A stretch of DNA of 64,000 nt from Elusimicrobiota bacterium (GTDB lineage: Bacteria; Elusimicrobiota; Elusimicrobia; UBA1565), in the NCBI GenBank assembly GCA_043827405.1, contig JBDRPD010000066.1, positions 64,342-128,341 of the forward strand, read 5' to 3'. Made by a program: the position numbers and the translations under genes. Positions 1 to 8,571 of this stretch are shown here, one piece after another. Every line of letters begins with the position of its first letter. Position 1 is the stretch's first letter. Below the pieces are notes generated by a model, which was not told the DNA's origin, searched no databases, and saw only the letters and a program-made list of their open reading frames with translations.

Positions 1-171
1 AAGTCGCGAGGCGGCAAGGTCGTATGGCTGCTTGATCGCGGTTTCGCTCTTCGTGTCTTCAGTGTTCGCGGCGATTGGATCGAGGTCAGCGATCTCTCGA
101 CCGCATCGGGGTGGATCCACAAGAGCGCCGTTTGGGGATATACCACGGACGCTTCCCTTAAAGATAACTGA
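1..171 (+). CDS. C-terminal part of a bacterial SH3-domain protein (5' end outside window)
   Basis: Frame +1 is open from base 1: KSRGGKVVWLLDRGFALRVFSVRGDWIEVSDLSTASGWIHKSAVWG..., an SH3b-like pattern. Its TGA overlaps the trmL ATG (TGATG). Not in the ORF track. Confidence 0.6.
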   Translation, partial: KSRGGKVVWLLDRGFALRVFSVRGDWIEVSDLSTASGWIHKSAVWGYTTDASLKDN

Positions 172-644
172 TGAATGTCGTCCTTATCGAGCCGGAGATC
201 CATTTCAATACCGGCAATATCGGCCGGACTTGTGTGGGGGCGGGAGCGGAACTGCATTTGGTGGGACGCCTGGGCTTTTCGCTCGACTGCGCGCAGATTA
301 GACGTTCGGGGCTCGATTACTGGCCCAAGCTGCGGCTGCGGCGGCATGAGGATTTCGCGTCTTTTCTCGCGAGTATGACGGAGGCCGATCCTCCTTTATA
401 TTTCTTTTCGGCCGAGGCGTCGAAGACTTACTGGGAGGCCGATTTTCATCCGGGGAGCTATCTCGTGTTCGGAAAGGAGTCGGTTGGTCTAGCGGCGGAG
501 ATTAGGGAAAAGTACCGCGACCGCACTTACCGCATTCCCCATTCCGGCAGGATACGTTCGCTCAATTTGGGGACCGCGGCGGCAGTCGTCCTGTATGAAG
601 CGCTGCGTCAGACCGGACGTGTCGGCGCGAGTGGAGGCGGTTAA
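171..644 (+). CDS. trmL: tRNA (cytidine/uridine-34-2'-O)-methyltransferase, SPOUT family
   Basis: PEIHFNTGNIGRTC, RRSGLDYW, FGKESVGL and RSLNL motifs; 157 aa. Confidence 0.9.
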   Translation: MNVVLIEPEIHFNTGNIGRTCVGAGAELHLVGRLGFSLDCAQIRRSGLDYWPKLRLRRHEDFASFLASMTEADPPLYFFSAEASKTYWEADFHPGSYLVFGKESVGLAAEIREKYRDRTYRIPHSGRIRSLNLGTAAAVVLYEALRQTGRVGASGGG

Positions 645-835
645 GGGGCGACCGCTCGGTTGCAGTTCTTGCACCAGCCGCCGATCCTGCCGTTGGCGGC
701 TTTGCGCGACAGCCTGACGGGTTTGCCGCATCCGGGGCAGCCTACGCTCAGCGGGCTCATGTCGATTTTCGGATAGTCCTTCTCGAATATATCCTTGCCC
801 GGATAGCGCGGAGCGAGCCATTTCCCTGGCTTCAT
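641..835 (-). CDS. Small zinc-ribbon-like protein (64 aa)
   Basis: ATG at 835 preceded by GGAGG RBS; CPGC...WCKNC motif. Confidence 0.55.
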   Translation of the reverse strand: MKPGKWLAPRYPGKDIFEKDYPKIDMSPLSVGCPGCGKPVRLSRKAANGRIGGWCKNCNRAVAP

Positions 836-879
836 TTTCCCTCCAATTTGAATGTTAGTATAATCATCTTTCCCGAAAA

Positions 880-1563
880 ATGCCAAGCAGAAAACTCCCA
901 GCCTTTGTGTTGGTCCGGCCCCGAAACCCCGGCAATATTGGAGCGGCCGCGCGCGTCATGGCGAACTTCGGCTTCGCTGATCTGCGCATTGTCGCGCCCT
1001 ATCCTCCTATTTGGGACGACGCGCTGAAACTGGCCGCGGATTCCAAGTCGCTGGTGCGCCGCGCCAAGGTATATAAGACGCTTCCGCTGGCGTTGGCGGA
1101 CCGCGCTCGCGTTTACGGCACCAGCAGCCTCAAGGGCCGAACCTCGGGCCTGACGGCGCGGAGCCTCCCCGCCTTGCGAATCATCGCGGGGTGCGCGCTG
1201 GTTTTTGGTCCTGAAAATAACGGATTGTCGGAAGATGATCTGCAGTACTGCGATGAACTGCTGCATATCCAGACCACGGAACGCCACTCTTCCCTCAATC
1301 TGGCGCAGGCCGTGGCCATTGTCTGCTACGGGATCAGCTGTGCTGAGCCCACGGTGGAAAGCGAACGCGCTCTCATCCCCTGGCGCGGAGTTGAAAGGCT
1401 GATCGACGAGGGGGAGCGGGCGTTTAGAAAACTCCGTTATCGTCCCGCCATGACCCCGGCCGGTCGCCGTACCCGTCTGAGGAAGATCCTAAGGAAGCGG
1501 GGTCTGAGCAGGGAAGAGGCGGGGATGCTGTCCGAACTGCTGCGCCGGGTTATCGAGTCCTGA
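880..1563 (+). CDS. TrmJ/LasT-family SPOUT RNA methyltransferase
   Basis: VLVRPRNPGNIGAAARVMANFG, LVFGPENNGL and SLNLAQAV motifs. Confidence 0.85.
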   Translation: MPSRKLPAFVLVRPRNPGNIGAAARVMANFGFADLRIVAPYPPIWDDALKLAADSKSLVRRAKVYKTLPLALADRARVYGTSSLKGRTSGLTARSLPALRIIAGCALVFGPENNGLSEDDLQYCDELLHIQTTERHSSLNLAQAVAIVCYGISCAEPTVESERALIPWRGVERLIDEGERAFRKLRYRPAMTPAGRRTRLRKILRKRGLSREEAGMLSELLRRVIES

Positions 1564-1576
1564 CCTGGCCGCCGAT

Positions 1577-2524
1577 TCAGCGGTCGCGGGAAATAATGTA
1601 GTCCGCCAGATCGTGCAGCGGCGCGGCTTTGGCGCCGAAAACCTTAAGGCTGCGGTGAGCCCGGGCCGTCCACTTTTCAGCGAGATCGCGGGAACCTTCG
1701 ATTCCGTAGAGTTTCGGATAAGTCAGCTTATTGTTATCGAGGTCTGAGCCGCGCTTCCCCATTTTCTCCTTGTCTCCCACGCGGTCGAGGATGTCGTCGG
1801 CGATCTGAAAAGCCAGGCCGATCGCGCGGCCATACTCCCGCAGCGCGCGCCTTTCCGCGGCATGCGCGCGGGCCAGGATCGCGCCGGCTTCGAGGCTGGC
1901 CGTGATCAGCGCGGCGGTCTTGTGCGTATGGATATATTCCAGAAGCCGGCGCGCGGCCTGTCGGCGGCCGTTCGTCATCGTCCGGGTCGAGAAGCCCTCG
2001 GCGTTTAGATCGGCCGCTTGTCCGCCGACCATCCCGCGAGAACCGGAGCCTGCGGCGATGACGCGGATGAGCTCGGAGGACGCTTTACCGGGGAGCCCGA
2101 GAGCCTGGGCGTTCTCCGCGGCCAGCTCGAATGCCCAGGTAAGGAGGCCGTCTCCGGAGAGCACCGCCAATGCTTCGCCGAAGACTTTATGGCTGGTCGG
2201 CTTCCCGCGGCGGAGGTCATCATCGTCCATCGCCGGCAGGTCGTCATGGATGAGCGAGTAGGTGTGGATCATCTCCAGCGCGCAGGCGGTGCGCAGGACC
2301 TTCGCCCCCGGCTGCCGGCAGCACTCGGAAGCGGACATGACCAGGATCGGCCGCAAACGTTTGCCGCCGGCCAGCAGTGAATAGCCCATTGACTTGCGGA
2401 TGCCGGCCGGCATCGGCTGCAGAAAGGGGATCGCCGCTTGGCCCTTGCGCGCCAACAGCCGCTTGAGTTCCCGTTCAACGCGGGCGCCCCGAGTTTTGAG
2501 ATACTGCTTAAGTTTTCTGTTCAT
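1577..2524 (-). CDS. ispA: Short-chain polyprenyl diphosphate synthase (FPP/GGPP synthase)
   Basis: GGKRLRP, HDDLPAMDDDDLRRGKPT, GQAADL, HKTAAL and FQIADDILD motifs. Confidence 0.9.
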   Translation of the reverse strand: MNRKLKQYLKTRGARVERELKRLLARKGQAAIPFLQPMPAGIRKSMGYSLLAGGKRLRPILVMSASECCRQPGAKVLRTACALEMIHTYSLIHDDLPAMDDDDLRRGKPTSHKVFGEALAVLSGDGLLTWAFELAAENAQALGLPGKASSELIRVIAAGSGSRGMVGGQAADLNAEGFSTRTMTNGRRQAARRLLEYIHTHKTAALITASLEAGAILARAHAAERRALREYGRAIGLAFQIADDILDRVGDKEKMGKRGSDLDNNKLTYPKLYGIEGSRDLAEKWTARAHRSLKVFGAKAAPLHDLADYIISRDR

Positions 2525-3221
2525 GCCTGTCCCCTGCCAGCCTGTTGATGAATTCTAACAAGTACGCACCAAGAATTCGACCGCCGCGCCGCTGAGCGAG
2601 CGCGAGGCGGAGCAGTAGGGGGAGGTCCCGGAAATGGGACGCGGCGTAGCGGAGGATGTCCGGCAGCGCCGCGCTGACGGGGATGTCCGTCGGTATGCGG
2701 TGCTCTATTTCGTCGAGTATGACGCGCACGCTGACGGCGGTCGTTCCGCATTCCTGTGCCCAACTGCGCAGCGCGTCGCTTTCCATATCAACGGCGGCGG
2801 CACGCTTTTCGTCTCCCAGGGCGCGCTTCCGGGCCGGCTCCGCCACCACCTGGCTGCTTGATATGATTCGACCGAGGTGCAGCTCGCTGCGCAGCCGGTC
2901 CGCGGCGGAGCGCGCACAATCCGTGTAGCTCTCGGGAGCGCCATGCAGGTCGGCGACGATATCTCCAGACGCGAGGCCGGCTTGTAGGGCGCCGGCGAAG
3001 CCCGTGCTGATCGCCGCGGTGAGCGGGTTGGACAGCCAGGGCGCAGCGTTCTTGAGGCTAGCCATTGTGGAAGCGGCGCCCATGCCGGTCTTAAGCAGTA
3101 CGATATCCTCATGCATCACGCGTCCATTATGGATGAATCCCGCTTCGGGGTTTCGGCGCAGTCCGAGACTGTGCGCGATCGGGCCGACCTCCCAAGGCGT
3201 CGCCGCCGTCAGCAGGATCAC
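2508..3221 (-). CDS. hpnG: Nucleoside phosphorylase family protein, HpnG-like
   Basis: TGMG, STGFAGAL and AVDMES PNP/MTAN motifs; lies in the operon with shc and hpnH. Confidence 0.7.
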   Translation of the reverse strand: MILLTAATPWEVGPIAHSLGLRRNPEAGFIHNGRVMHEDIVLLKTGMGAASTMASLKNAAPWLSNPLTAAISTGFAGALQAGLASGDIVADLHGAPESYTDCARSAADRLRSELHLGRIISSSQVVAEPARKRALGDEKRAAAVDMESDALRSWAQECGTTAVSVRVILDEIEHRIPTDIPVSAALPDILRYAASHFRDLPLLLRLALAQRRGGRILGAYLLEFINRLAGDRHEQKT

Positions 3222-4234
3222 GGCATGCTCCGCGTCAGAGTATCGGGCATGGGTGCGTAGCCGTTGCGGCAGAACCAGAGAGCGGCATCGCGCAGCGCCG
3301 TGCGTGCGGGAGTCTGCGGGAGGCCGAGCTCACGGACGGCTTTGGACGAGTCATAAAACATCTTGTAGCGCGCCATGCGGACCGCGTCTAGAGGCGCGAT
3401 AGGTTCGACGCCGAATAGTTTGGCGCGGGCGGAGTCGATTGCGCCGAAAATCAGCGCGGCGGCATAGGGCGTCCGGTAGCGGGGTGCCGGGAGCCCGGTC
3501 AGCTCAGCAAGGAGGTCAAGGATGTCCTTAAAAGGCAGATTCTCACCGCCGAGGATATAGCGCTCTCCGATGCGGCCCTTCACCGCCGCGAGGTAGTGTC
3601 CGACCGCGACGTCCCGGACATGGATCACGTTAAGCCCGGTGTCGAGATAAGACGGAAGCCGGCGGTTTAAGAAATCAACGACGACTTTCCCCGTCGGCGT
3701 CGGCTTGATGTCGTAAGGGCCGATCGGTGCGGCGGGGTTGACAATAACCACGGGCAGCCCGGCCGCAGCTTTCTCGAGGACCGCACGCTCCGCCAGCCAT
3801 TTGGATTGTTTATAGACGCCGATGATCCCCGCGGTCCCCGTATATTCGGATTTTTCATCAACCGGGATATCTCCGTCCGGCGGCTTGATGGCGGCGACGC
3901 TGGAGCAGTAGACGATGCGTTCCGCTCCGGCGGCGGCTTCGAGCACATTGAGGCTGCCCGTGATATTCGCAGCGTACATCTCCTCGGGATCGGGGACCCA
4001 GATGCGGTAATCGGCGGCGACATGAAAGACGTAGCGGGCGCCGCGGCAGCCCTCGTCGAGCGAGGTCCGGTCGCGCAGATCGCCGACAACCTTCTCGACA
4101 TCCAGTCCGGCGAGGTTGTCCAGGCGCGAGCCGCTGCGTACCAGAGCGCGGACGCGCATCCCTTTATCAATTAGGACGCGGACGACATTGGAGCCGACAA
4201 AGCCTGTCGCGCCCGTTACGAAGGCGGTGTCCAC
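3218..4234 (-). CDS. hpnA: Hopanoid-associated NAD-dependent epimerase/dehydratase
   Basis: TGATGFVG, HVAADYRIW, YKQSK and GPYDIKPTPTG motifs. Confidence 0.85.
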   Translation of the reverse strand: MDTAFVTGATGFVGSNVVRVLIDKGMRVRALVRSGSRLDNLAGLDVEKVVGDLRDRTSLDEGCRGARYVFHVAADYRIWVPDPEEMYAANITGSLNVLEAAAGAERIVYCSSVAAIKPPDGDIPVDEKSEYTGTAGIIGVYKQSKWLAERAVLEKAAAGLPVVIVNPAAPIGPYDIKPTPTGKVVVDFLNRRLPSYLDTGLNVIHVRDVAVGHYLAAVKGRIGERYILGGENLPFKDILDLLAELTGLPAPRYRTPYAAALIFGAIDSARAKLFGVEPIAPLDAVRMARYKMFYDSSKAVRELGLPQTPARTALRDAALWFCRNGYAPMPDTLTRSMP

Positions 4235-5355
4235 TAGTTGCAGCGGCCGCCGCAGCCGCAGGCGCTGCTGCTCTCATCTTTGCGGGAGTGCGTTTTCGTC
4301 CCGTGCGCATGCGCGCAGCCCGCCTCCTTGCGCCCGCCGGTGTGCAGGACGTAGTCGGCGGCGAGTTCAAAGAACTTTCCAACGCTCGAGAAGGCGTCCT
4401 TGACTGCGGTGGGTTCGTAGCCGGCGTGGCACATGCAGTTGGCGCATTTGGGATTACCGGATTTGTAGCCGTAATCCTGCCATTCCGTAACTTCCAGCAG
4501 TTCCTTGTACGATTCGGCGTAGCCCGCATCGTCCATCAGGTAGCAGGGGCTCTGCCAACCGAAGATATTGCGCAGCGGGATGCCCCAGGGGGTGCAGTCG
4601 TAATCGCGCTTGCCCTCCAGAAAATCCAGGTAGAAGGGGCTGTGGTTGAAATCCCAGCCTTTGTCGCGCCAGCCTTTGAGTGTCTCGGCGAACCACTTCT
4701 TGGTCTCGTCCCGCTTCAGGAACAGCTCCTGCTTTGGCGCTTTTTCGTAGCTGTAGCCGGGTGAGAGCATCATGCCGTCGACGCTCAGGGCCGTCATCTT
4801 GTCGAAGAAATCCCGGAAATCCGCGGAGGACTCTCCTTGGAAGATCGTGGTGTTGGTCATGACATGAAAGCCGAGCGACTTCGCCTTTTTGATCCCGGCG
4901 ATTGCGGTTTGGTAGACGCCGTCTTTGCCGACAACCCGGTCGTGGATCTTCTCATTGCCGTCGAGATGGATGCTGAATACTAGTTGGCTCGACGGTTTGA
5001 ATTTATGCAGGCTGCGCTCCAGCAGCAAGGCATTGGTGCAAAGGTAGATGTATTTGCCGTGGGCTATCAGTCCCTCGACGATCTGGTCGATTTGCTCGTG
5101 GGCGAGCGGTTCACCTCCGGCGATCGCGACGATCGGCGCGCCGCATTCCTCGGCCGCGTCGATGCATTCCTGCGGCGACAGCCGCTTTTTGAGAATTTCC
5201 GGAGGGTGTTGGATTTTGCCGCAGCCCGCGCAATTCAGGTTGCAGGCGAACAGCGGTTCGAGCTCAAGGACTAAGGCGTATTTTTCGCGCCTCCGGAGCC
5301 TTCGCTCAAGGATGTGGCGGAACACGGCCAGCTGCATGCGAAAAGGGATCGCCAT
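4234..5355 (-). CDS. hpnH: Adenosyl-hopene transferase, radical SAM
   Basis: LEPLFACNLNCAGCGKIQ, CTPWG, PCYL and CANCMCH motifs; follows shc. Confidence 0.9.
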   Translation of the reverse strand: MAIPFRMQLAVFRHILERRLRRREKYALVLELEPLFACNLNCAGCGKIQHPPEILKKRLSPQECIDAAEECGAPIVAIAGGEPLAHEQIDQIVEGLIAHGKYIYLCTNALLLERSLHKFKPSSQLVFSIHLDGNEKIHDRVVGKDGVYQTAIAGIKKAKSLGFHVMTNTTIFQGESSADFRDFFDKMTALSVDGMMLSPGYSYEKAPKQELFLKRDETKKWFAETLKGWRDKGWDFNHSPFYLDFLEGKRDYDCTPWGIPLRNIFGWQSPCYLMDDAGYAESYKELLEVTEWQDYGYKSGNPKCANCMCHAGYEPTAVKDAFSSVGKFFELAADYVLHTGGRKEAGCAHAHGTKTHSRKDESSSACGCGGRCN

Positions 5356-5368
5356 ATGGGAAATTCTC

Positions 5369-7411
5369 CTAACGGTGCGGCACCATCTGCTTGCGCCGGC
5401 GCAGCTCTCTGCGGTACGCGCCGAGGGCGGTCAGCGGAAAGGTGTCGCGATACATGGTGTATTCGAGGTAGTAGACTTTCGGGAAGCCGGTCCCGGTATA
5501 TTCGGTTTCGTCCCATGTCCCGTCTTCTCGCTGCGTGGTCAGTAGATGCTCCACCCCGCGTTTTACCGCGGGATGCTCGAAAAGACCGGCCGCGATCAGG
5601 CCCATAACGGCCCAAGCGGTTTGTGAAGGGGTGGCCGGCCCTTTTCCCTTCAGCGACGGATTATCGTAGGTCTCGCAGGTCTCGCCCCAGCCGCCATTCG
5701 GCAGTTGAACTGAGAGGAGCCAATCCGCGGCCTTTTGGACATAAGAACGGCTCATGTCCTCGCCCACCGCCTGCAGGCCGCGCAGAACCTGCCACGTGCC
5801 GTAGATGTAGTTGACGCACCAACGGCCGAACCAGGAACCGTCCTCTTCCTGCTCTTCCCGGAGAAAGCGGATGCCCGAGCGTACGCAGGGGTAGCTCTTG
5901 TCATAGCCGATAAAGCCGAGAAACTCCAGGATGCGCCCGGTGATGTCGGATGTCGGCGGATCGATCATCGCGTTATGATCCGCGAACGGAATCTTGGTCA
6001 GGATGGCCTTGGTATTGTCTTTGTCGAACGCCGCCCAGCCCCCGTCGGACGACTGCATCGACAGCAGCCAATGGATGCCGCGCAGGCATGCCTTTTCACG
6101 GGCGGCCGTGATCGTGTCGTCTAGGTCGACGTGGCGCAGGGCCAGCATGACCATCGCGGTGTCGTCGATGTCGGGGTAGAATTCGTTGTTGAACTCGAAG
6201 GCCCATCCGCCGATCGGGCCGGTCGTATTTTTAACCCGCCAGTCTCCGGGGCGGCGGATTTCCTGTGACAGCAGCCATTCGGCGGCGCGGACGAGAGCCG
6301 GATGGCCGCGCTCGAGGCCGGATTCCGCGAGCGCGATGGCCGCGATCGCGGTATCCCATACCGGCGAATGGCAAGGCTCCATTTCAAGCATGTCGCCGCG
6401 GTCGATCTCCAGGTCCTCCAGCAGTCGGATTTGCTCGCGCAGGCGGGGGTCGTTGTCGGAGTAGCCCAGGCACTTCATGGCCAGGATCGTGTTGACAATG
6501 CCGGGGAAGATCGCGCCCAGGCCGTCGGAGTGCTTGAGGTGCTCCAGAATCCAGTCCTCGGCTTTTCGCATGGCCCAGGTTCTGATCCAGTGGGGGCACG
6601 CTCCTTCCACTCCCTTGAGCATCTCATCCCACAGCAGGAAGAAATTAGTCCAGGATACGAGGTCGTGCGGCGGCATGACATCCGCGAGCGGCACATATCG
6701 TCGCGAATCCGGAAAGAGCTCATCGAGCCGCGCGTGGTCGGGGCAGATGATTTTCGGCCGTTCCGACCAAATGATCGCCAACGGCACGACGATCGCCCGG
6801 GTCCATGAGGACATCTCATAGATGTTGAAATAGAACCAGTTCGGAAAAACCATAATCTCCGGCGGGATGGAGGGGACTCCGCGCCAGTCGTACTGGCCGT
6901 ACATGGCCATATAGAACTTGGAGTAGGTATTTACTTTGTGGATGCCGCCGAGCGCCTCAATCCGTTCACGGGCTTTTGCCAGAGACGGTTCTTCGGGGGA
7001 GAACCCGGCGAATTTCAGCGCCCAATACGCCTTGACGGTCGCCGAGATTTCCGATGGCCCGTTCTTGTATATGGGCCAGCCGCCGTCGGTGTTCTGCTGG
7101 CTGAGGATGAACTTCGCCAGGCGCGGAATTTTAGGCGAGTCGCCGCGTCCGAGGAAGTAGAGGAGCATGATGGTGTCGGAGTCGATGGTCGTGTCCGCAC
7201 GCAGCTCCGCGCACCAGTAGCCGTCCTCAAAGTTCTGTTTGCGGAGGATGGCCTGCTGGGAGCGGCGCAGGCCTTCGCGCAAAGCTTCCGGCAGTCCCTG
7301 CTGGCTGCGCGGTCCCGAAGCCGGCTTCAGCGACTGCGCCCATCCGGAGGGCTTGCGAAAGCGGGCCCTGCCGAACGGAGTGAGCCACTCATTAACCATG
7401 CGCCTTACCAT
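5369..7411 (-). CDS. shc: Squalene-hopene cyclase
   Basis: SPVWDTA, YPDIDDTA (DxDD), QW repeats and TGTGFP. Start placed at ATG 7411 (GAGG RBS); a TATAAT at 7456-7461 argues against GTG 7453. Confidence 0.95.
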   Translation of the reverse strand: MVRRMVNEWLTPFGRARFRKPSGWAQSLKPASGPRSQQGLPEALREGLRRSQQAILRKQNFEDGYWCAELRADTTIDSDTIMLLYFLGRGDSPKIPRLAKFILSQQNTDGGWPIYKNGPSEISATVKAYWALKFAGFSPEEPSLAKARERIEALGGIHKVNTYSKFYMAMYGQYDWRGVPSIPPEIMVFPNWFYFNIYEMSSWTRAIVVPLAIIWSERPKIICPDHARLDELFPDSRRYVPLADVMPPHDLVSWTNFFLLWDEMLKGVEGACPHWIRTWAMRKAEDWILEHLKHSDGLGAIFPGIVNTILAMKCLGYSDNDPRLREQIRLLEDLEIDRGDMLEMEPCHSPVWDTAIAAIALAESGLERGHPALVRAAEWLLSQEIRRPGDWRVKNTTGPIGGWAFEFNNEFYPDIDDTAMVMLALRHVDLDDTITAAREKACLRGIHWLLSMQSSDGGWAAFDKDNTKAILTKIPFADHNAMIDPPTSDITGRILEFLGFIGYDKSYPCVRSGIRFLREEQEEDGSWFGRWCVNYIYGTWQVLRGLQAVGEDMSRSYVQKAADWLLSVQLPNGGWGETCETYDNPSLKGKGPATPSQTAWAVMGLIAAGLFEHPAVKRGVEHLLTTQREDGTWDETEYTGTGFPKVYYLEYTMYRDTFPLTALGAYRRELRRRKQMVPHR

Positions 7412-7569
7412 AGAATGCTTTCCTCTGCAGAATAAAGAAGTGAAAACGGACACGTATTATACTTTATTTCTTCCAGTTCTCCGTCGGGCGTTCCAGGTGC
7501 GGCGGCCCGCGTCTTTGATGGGAGACCCAAAGGGCCTAAAAATATCCGGGACTTTCGGGAAGTTTTCTC

Positions 7570-7598
7570 TTGACATAGCTATGTTATAGCTATACACT
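7570..7598 (+). promoter_or_regulatory. Sigma70-type promoter with a palindromic spacer (candidate operator)
   Basis: TTGACA-N17-TACACT; the spacer is TAGCTAT-GTT-ATAGCTA. Confidence 0.65.
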
Positions 7599-7719
7599 AC
7601 GAATGCAGTGAGCGCCGAACGCAGACTCGACAGCAGACGATGGGTCGGTTTGAGCACCCGGAAGGGGGGGGCGGGTCCGCGGTGTCTTTCTGTATTGACG
7701 GACGTGCGACGCGGCGGAA

Positions 7720-7962
7720 TTGCGAAAACCAGTGGCTTCAAATCCCGACGCAAAATCAACAATCGGAAGGCGGTCCCGGAAACGGGGTGTCCGTCCGGTT
7801 CGCGTTGGGGGGAGGACTAGGCCGAGGAGCCGTCAAACGCCCACATCGATCCTGCTCTCCGAGGAGCTCATTGAGATGCTCAGGGCCAAAGCGGCCAAGC
7901 GCGGGATCGGATATCAGACAATGCTGAAGATTATCGTCTACGAGAATGTGGACGAGTACTGA
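7720..7962 (+). CDS. BrnA/CopG-like ribbon-helix-helix antitoxin-type protein (start uncertain, possibly a remnant)
   Basis: C-terminal TSILLSEELIEMLRAKAAKRGIGYQTMLKIIV matches the BrnA/CopG pattern; the N-terminal half is not protein-like. Confidence 0.5.
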   Translation: MRKPVASNPDAKSTIGRRSRKRGVRPVRVGGRTRPRSRQTPTSILLSEELIEMLRAKAAKRGIGYQTMLKIIVYENVDEY

Positions 7963-8013
7963 GGGCGGGCGGCTCGGGGAATACTAGATAAAAACCGGAA
8001 CCACTCGTTCGGC

Positions 8014-8042
8014 CCGGCGGAGTCCCGCGAGGACTCCGCCGG
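8014..8042. terminator. Hairpin between convergent genes, probable terminator
   Basis: Perfect 12-bp stem CCGGCGGAGTCC-CGCGA-GGACTCCGCCGG. Confidence 0.6.
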
Positions 8043-8067
8043 CACCGTTTATGGGCTAAAGAATGCT

Positions 8068-8571
8068 TCAGTAGAATCGACGGGCGCCGAGGAAGCGTTT
8101 TTTCCAGTAAGGGGCGGTCAAACGATCGGTGCGCACGCCCTTGCCGGAGCTCGGCGCGTGGACGAACCGGCCGTCTCCCAGGTAGATGCCGACGTGCGAT
8201 GGGCCGCGCTTATCGGTCGTGAAAAACAAGAGATCTCCCGGCGCGAGGTCTCGGGGAGAAACCTTGCGTCCCCGCTTGAACTGCTGCCGCGATGTGCGGG
8301 GAATCCGTATGCCGTGACGCTGGTGCGTCCAGGAGGTCAGGCCCGAGCAGTCGAAGCCTTTTTCCGGGGCGCTGCCGCCGAGGCGGTACGCCGCGCCTGT
8401 TTGTTCTTCTGCTGTTTTCGCTATGGCTTTACCTAGATCACGGCGCTGGCGCGGAAGGCCGCTCGTTGCGCAGGCCGAAACCGTCAGCGACAGGAGGACG
8501 AGGCAAGCTGGACGGAGGAGCGCCCAGCGCTCAGGCGCCATGGCCTGGCGAGGAGGCCGGCGGACCGGCAT
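8068..8571 (-). CDS. NlpC/P60 (C40) peptidoglycan endopeptidase lipoprotein
   Basis: Lipobox VSAC; GFDCSGL, PGDLLFF, HVGIYLG and FVHAPS motifs; alternative start at 8541. Confidence 0.9.
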   Translation of the reverse strand: MPVRRPPRQAMAPERWALLRPACLVLLSLTVSACATSGLPRQRRDLGKAIAKTAEEQTGAAYRLGGSAPEKGFDCSGLTSWTHQRHGIRIPRTSRQQFKRGRKVSPRDLAPGDLLFFTTDKRGPSHVGIYLGDGRFVHAPSSGKGVRTDRLTAPYWKKRFLGARRFY

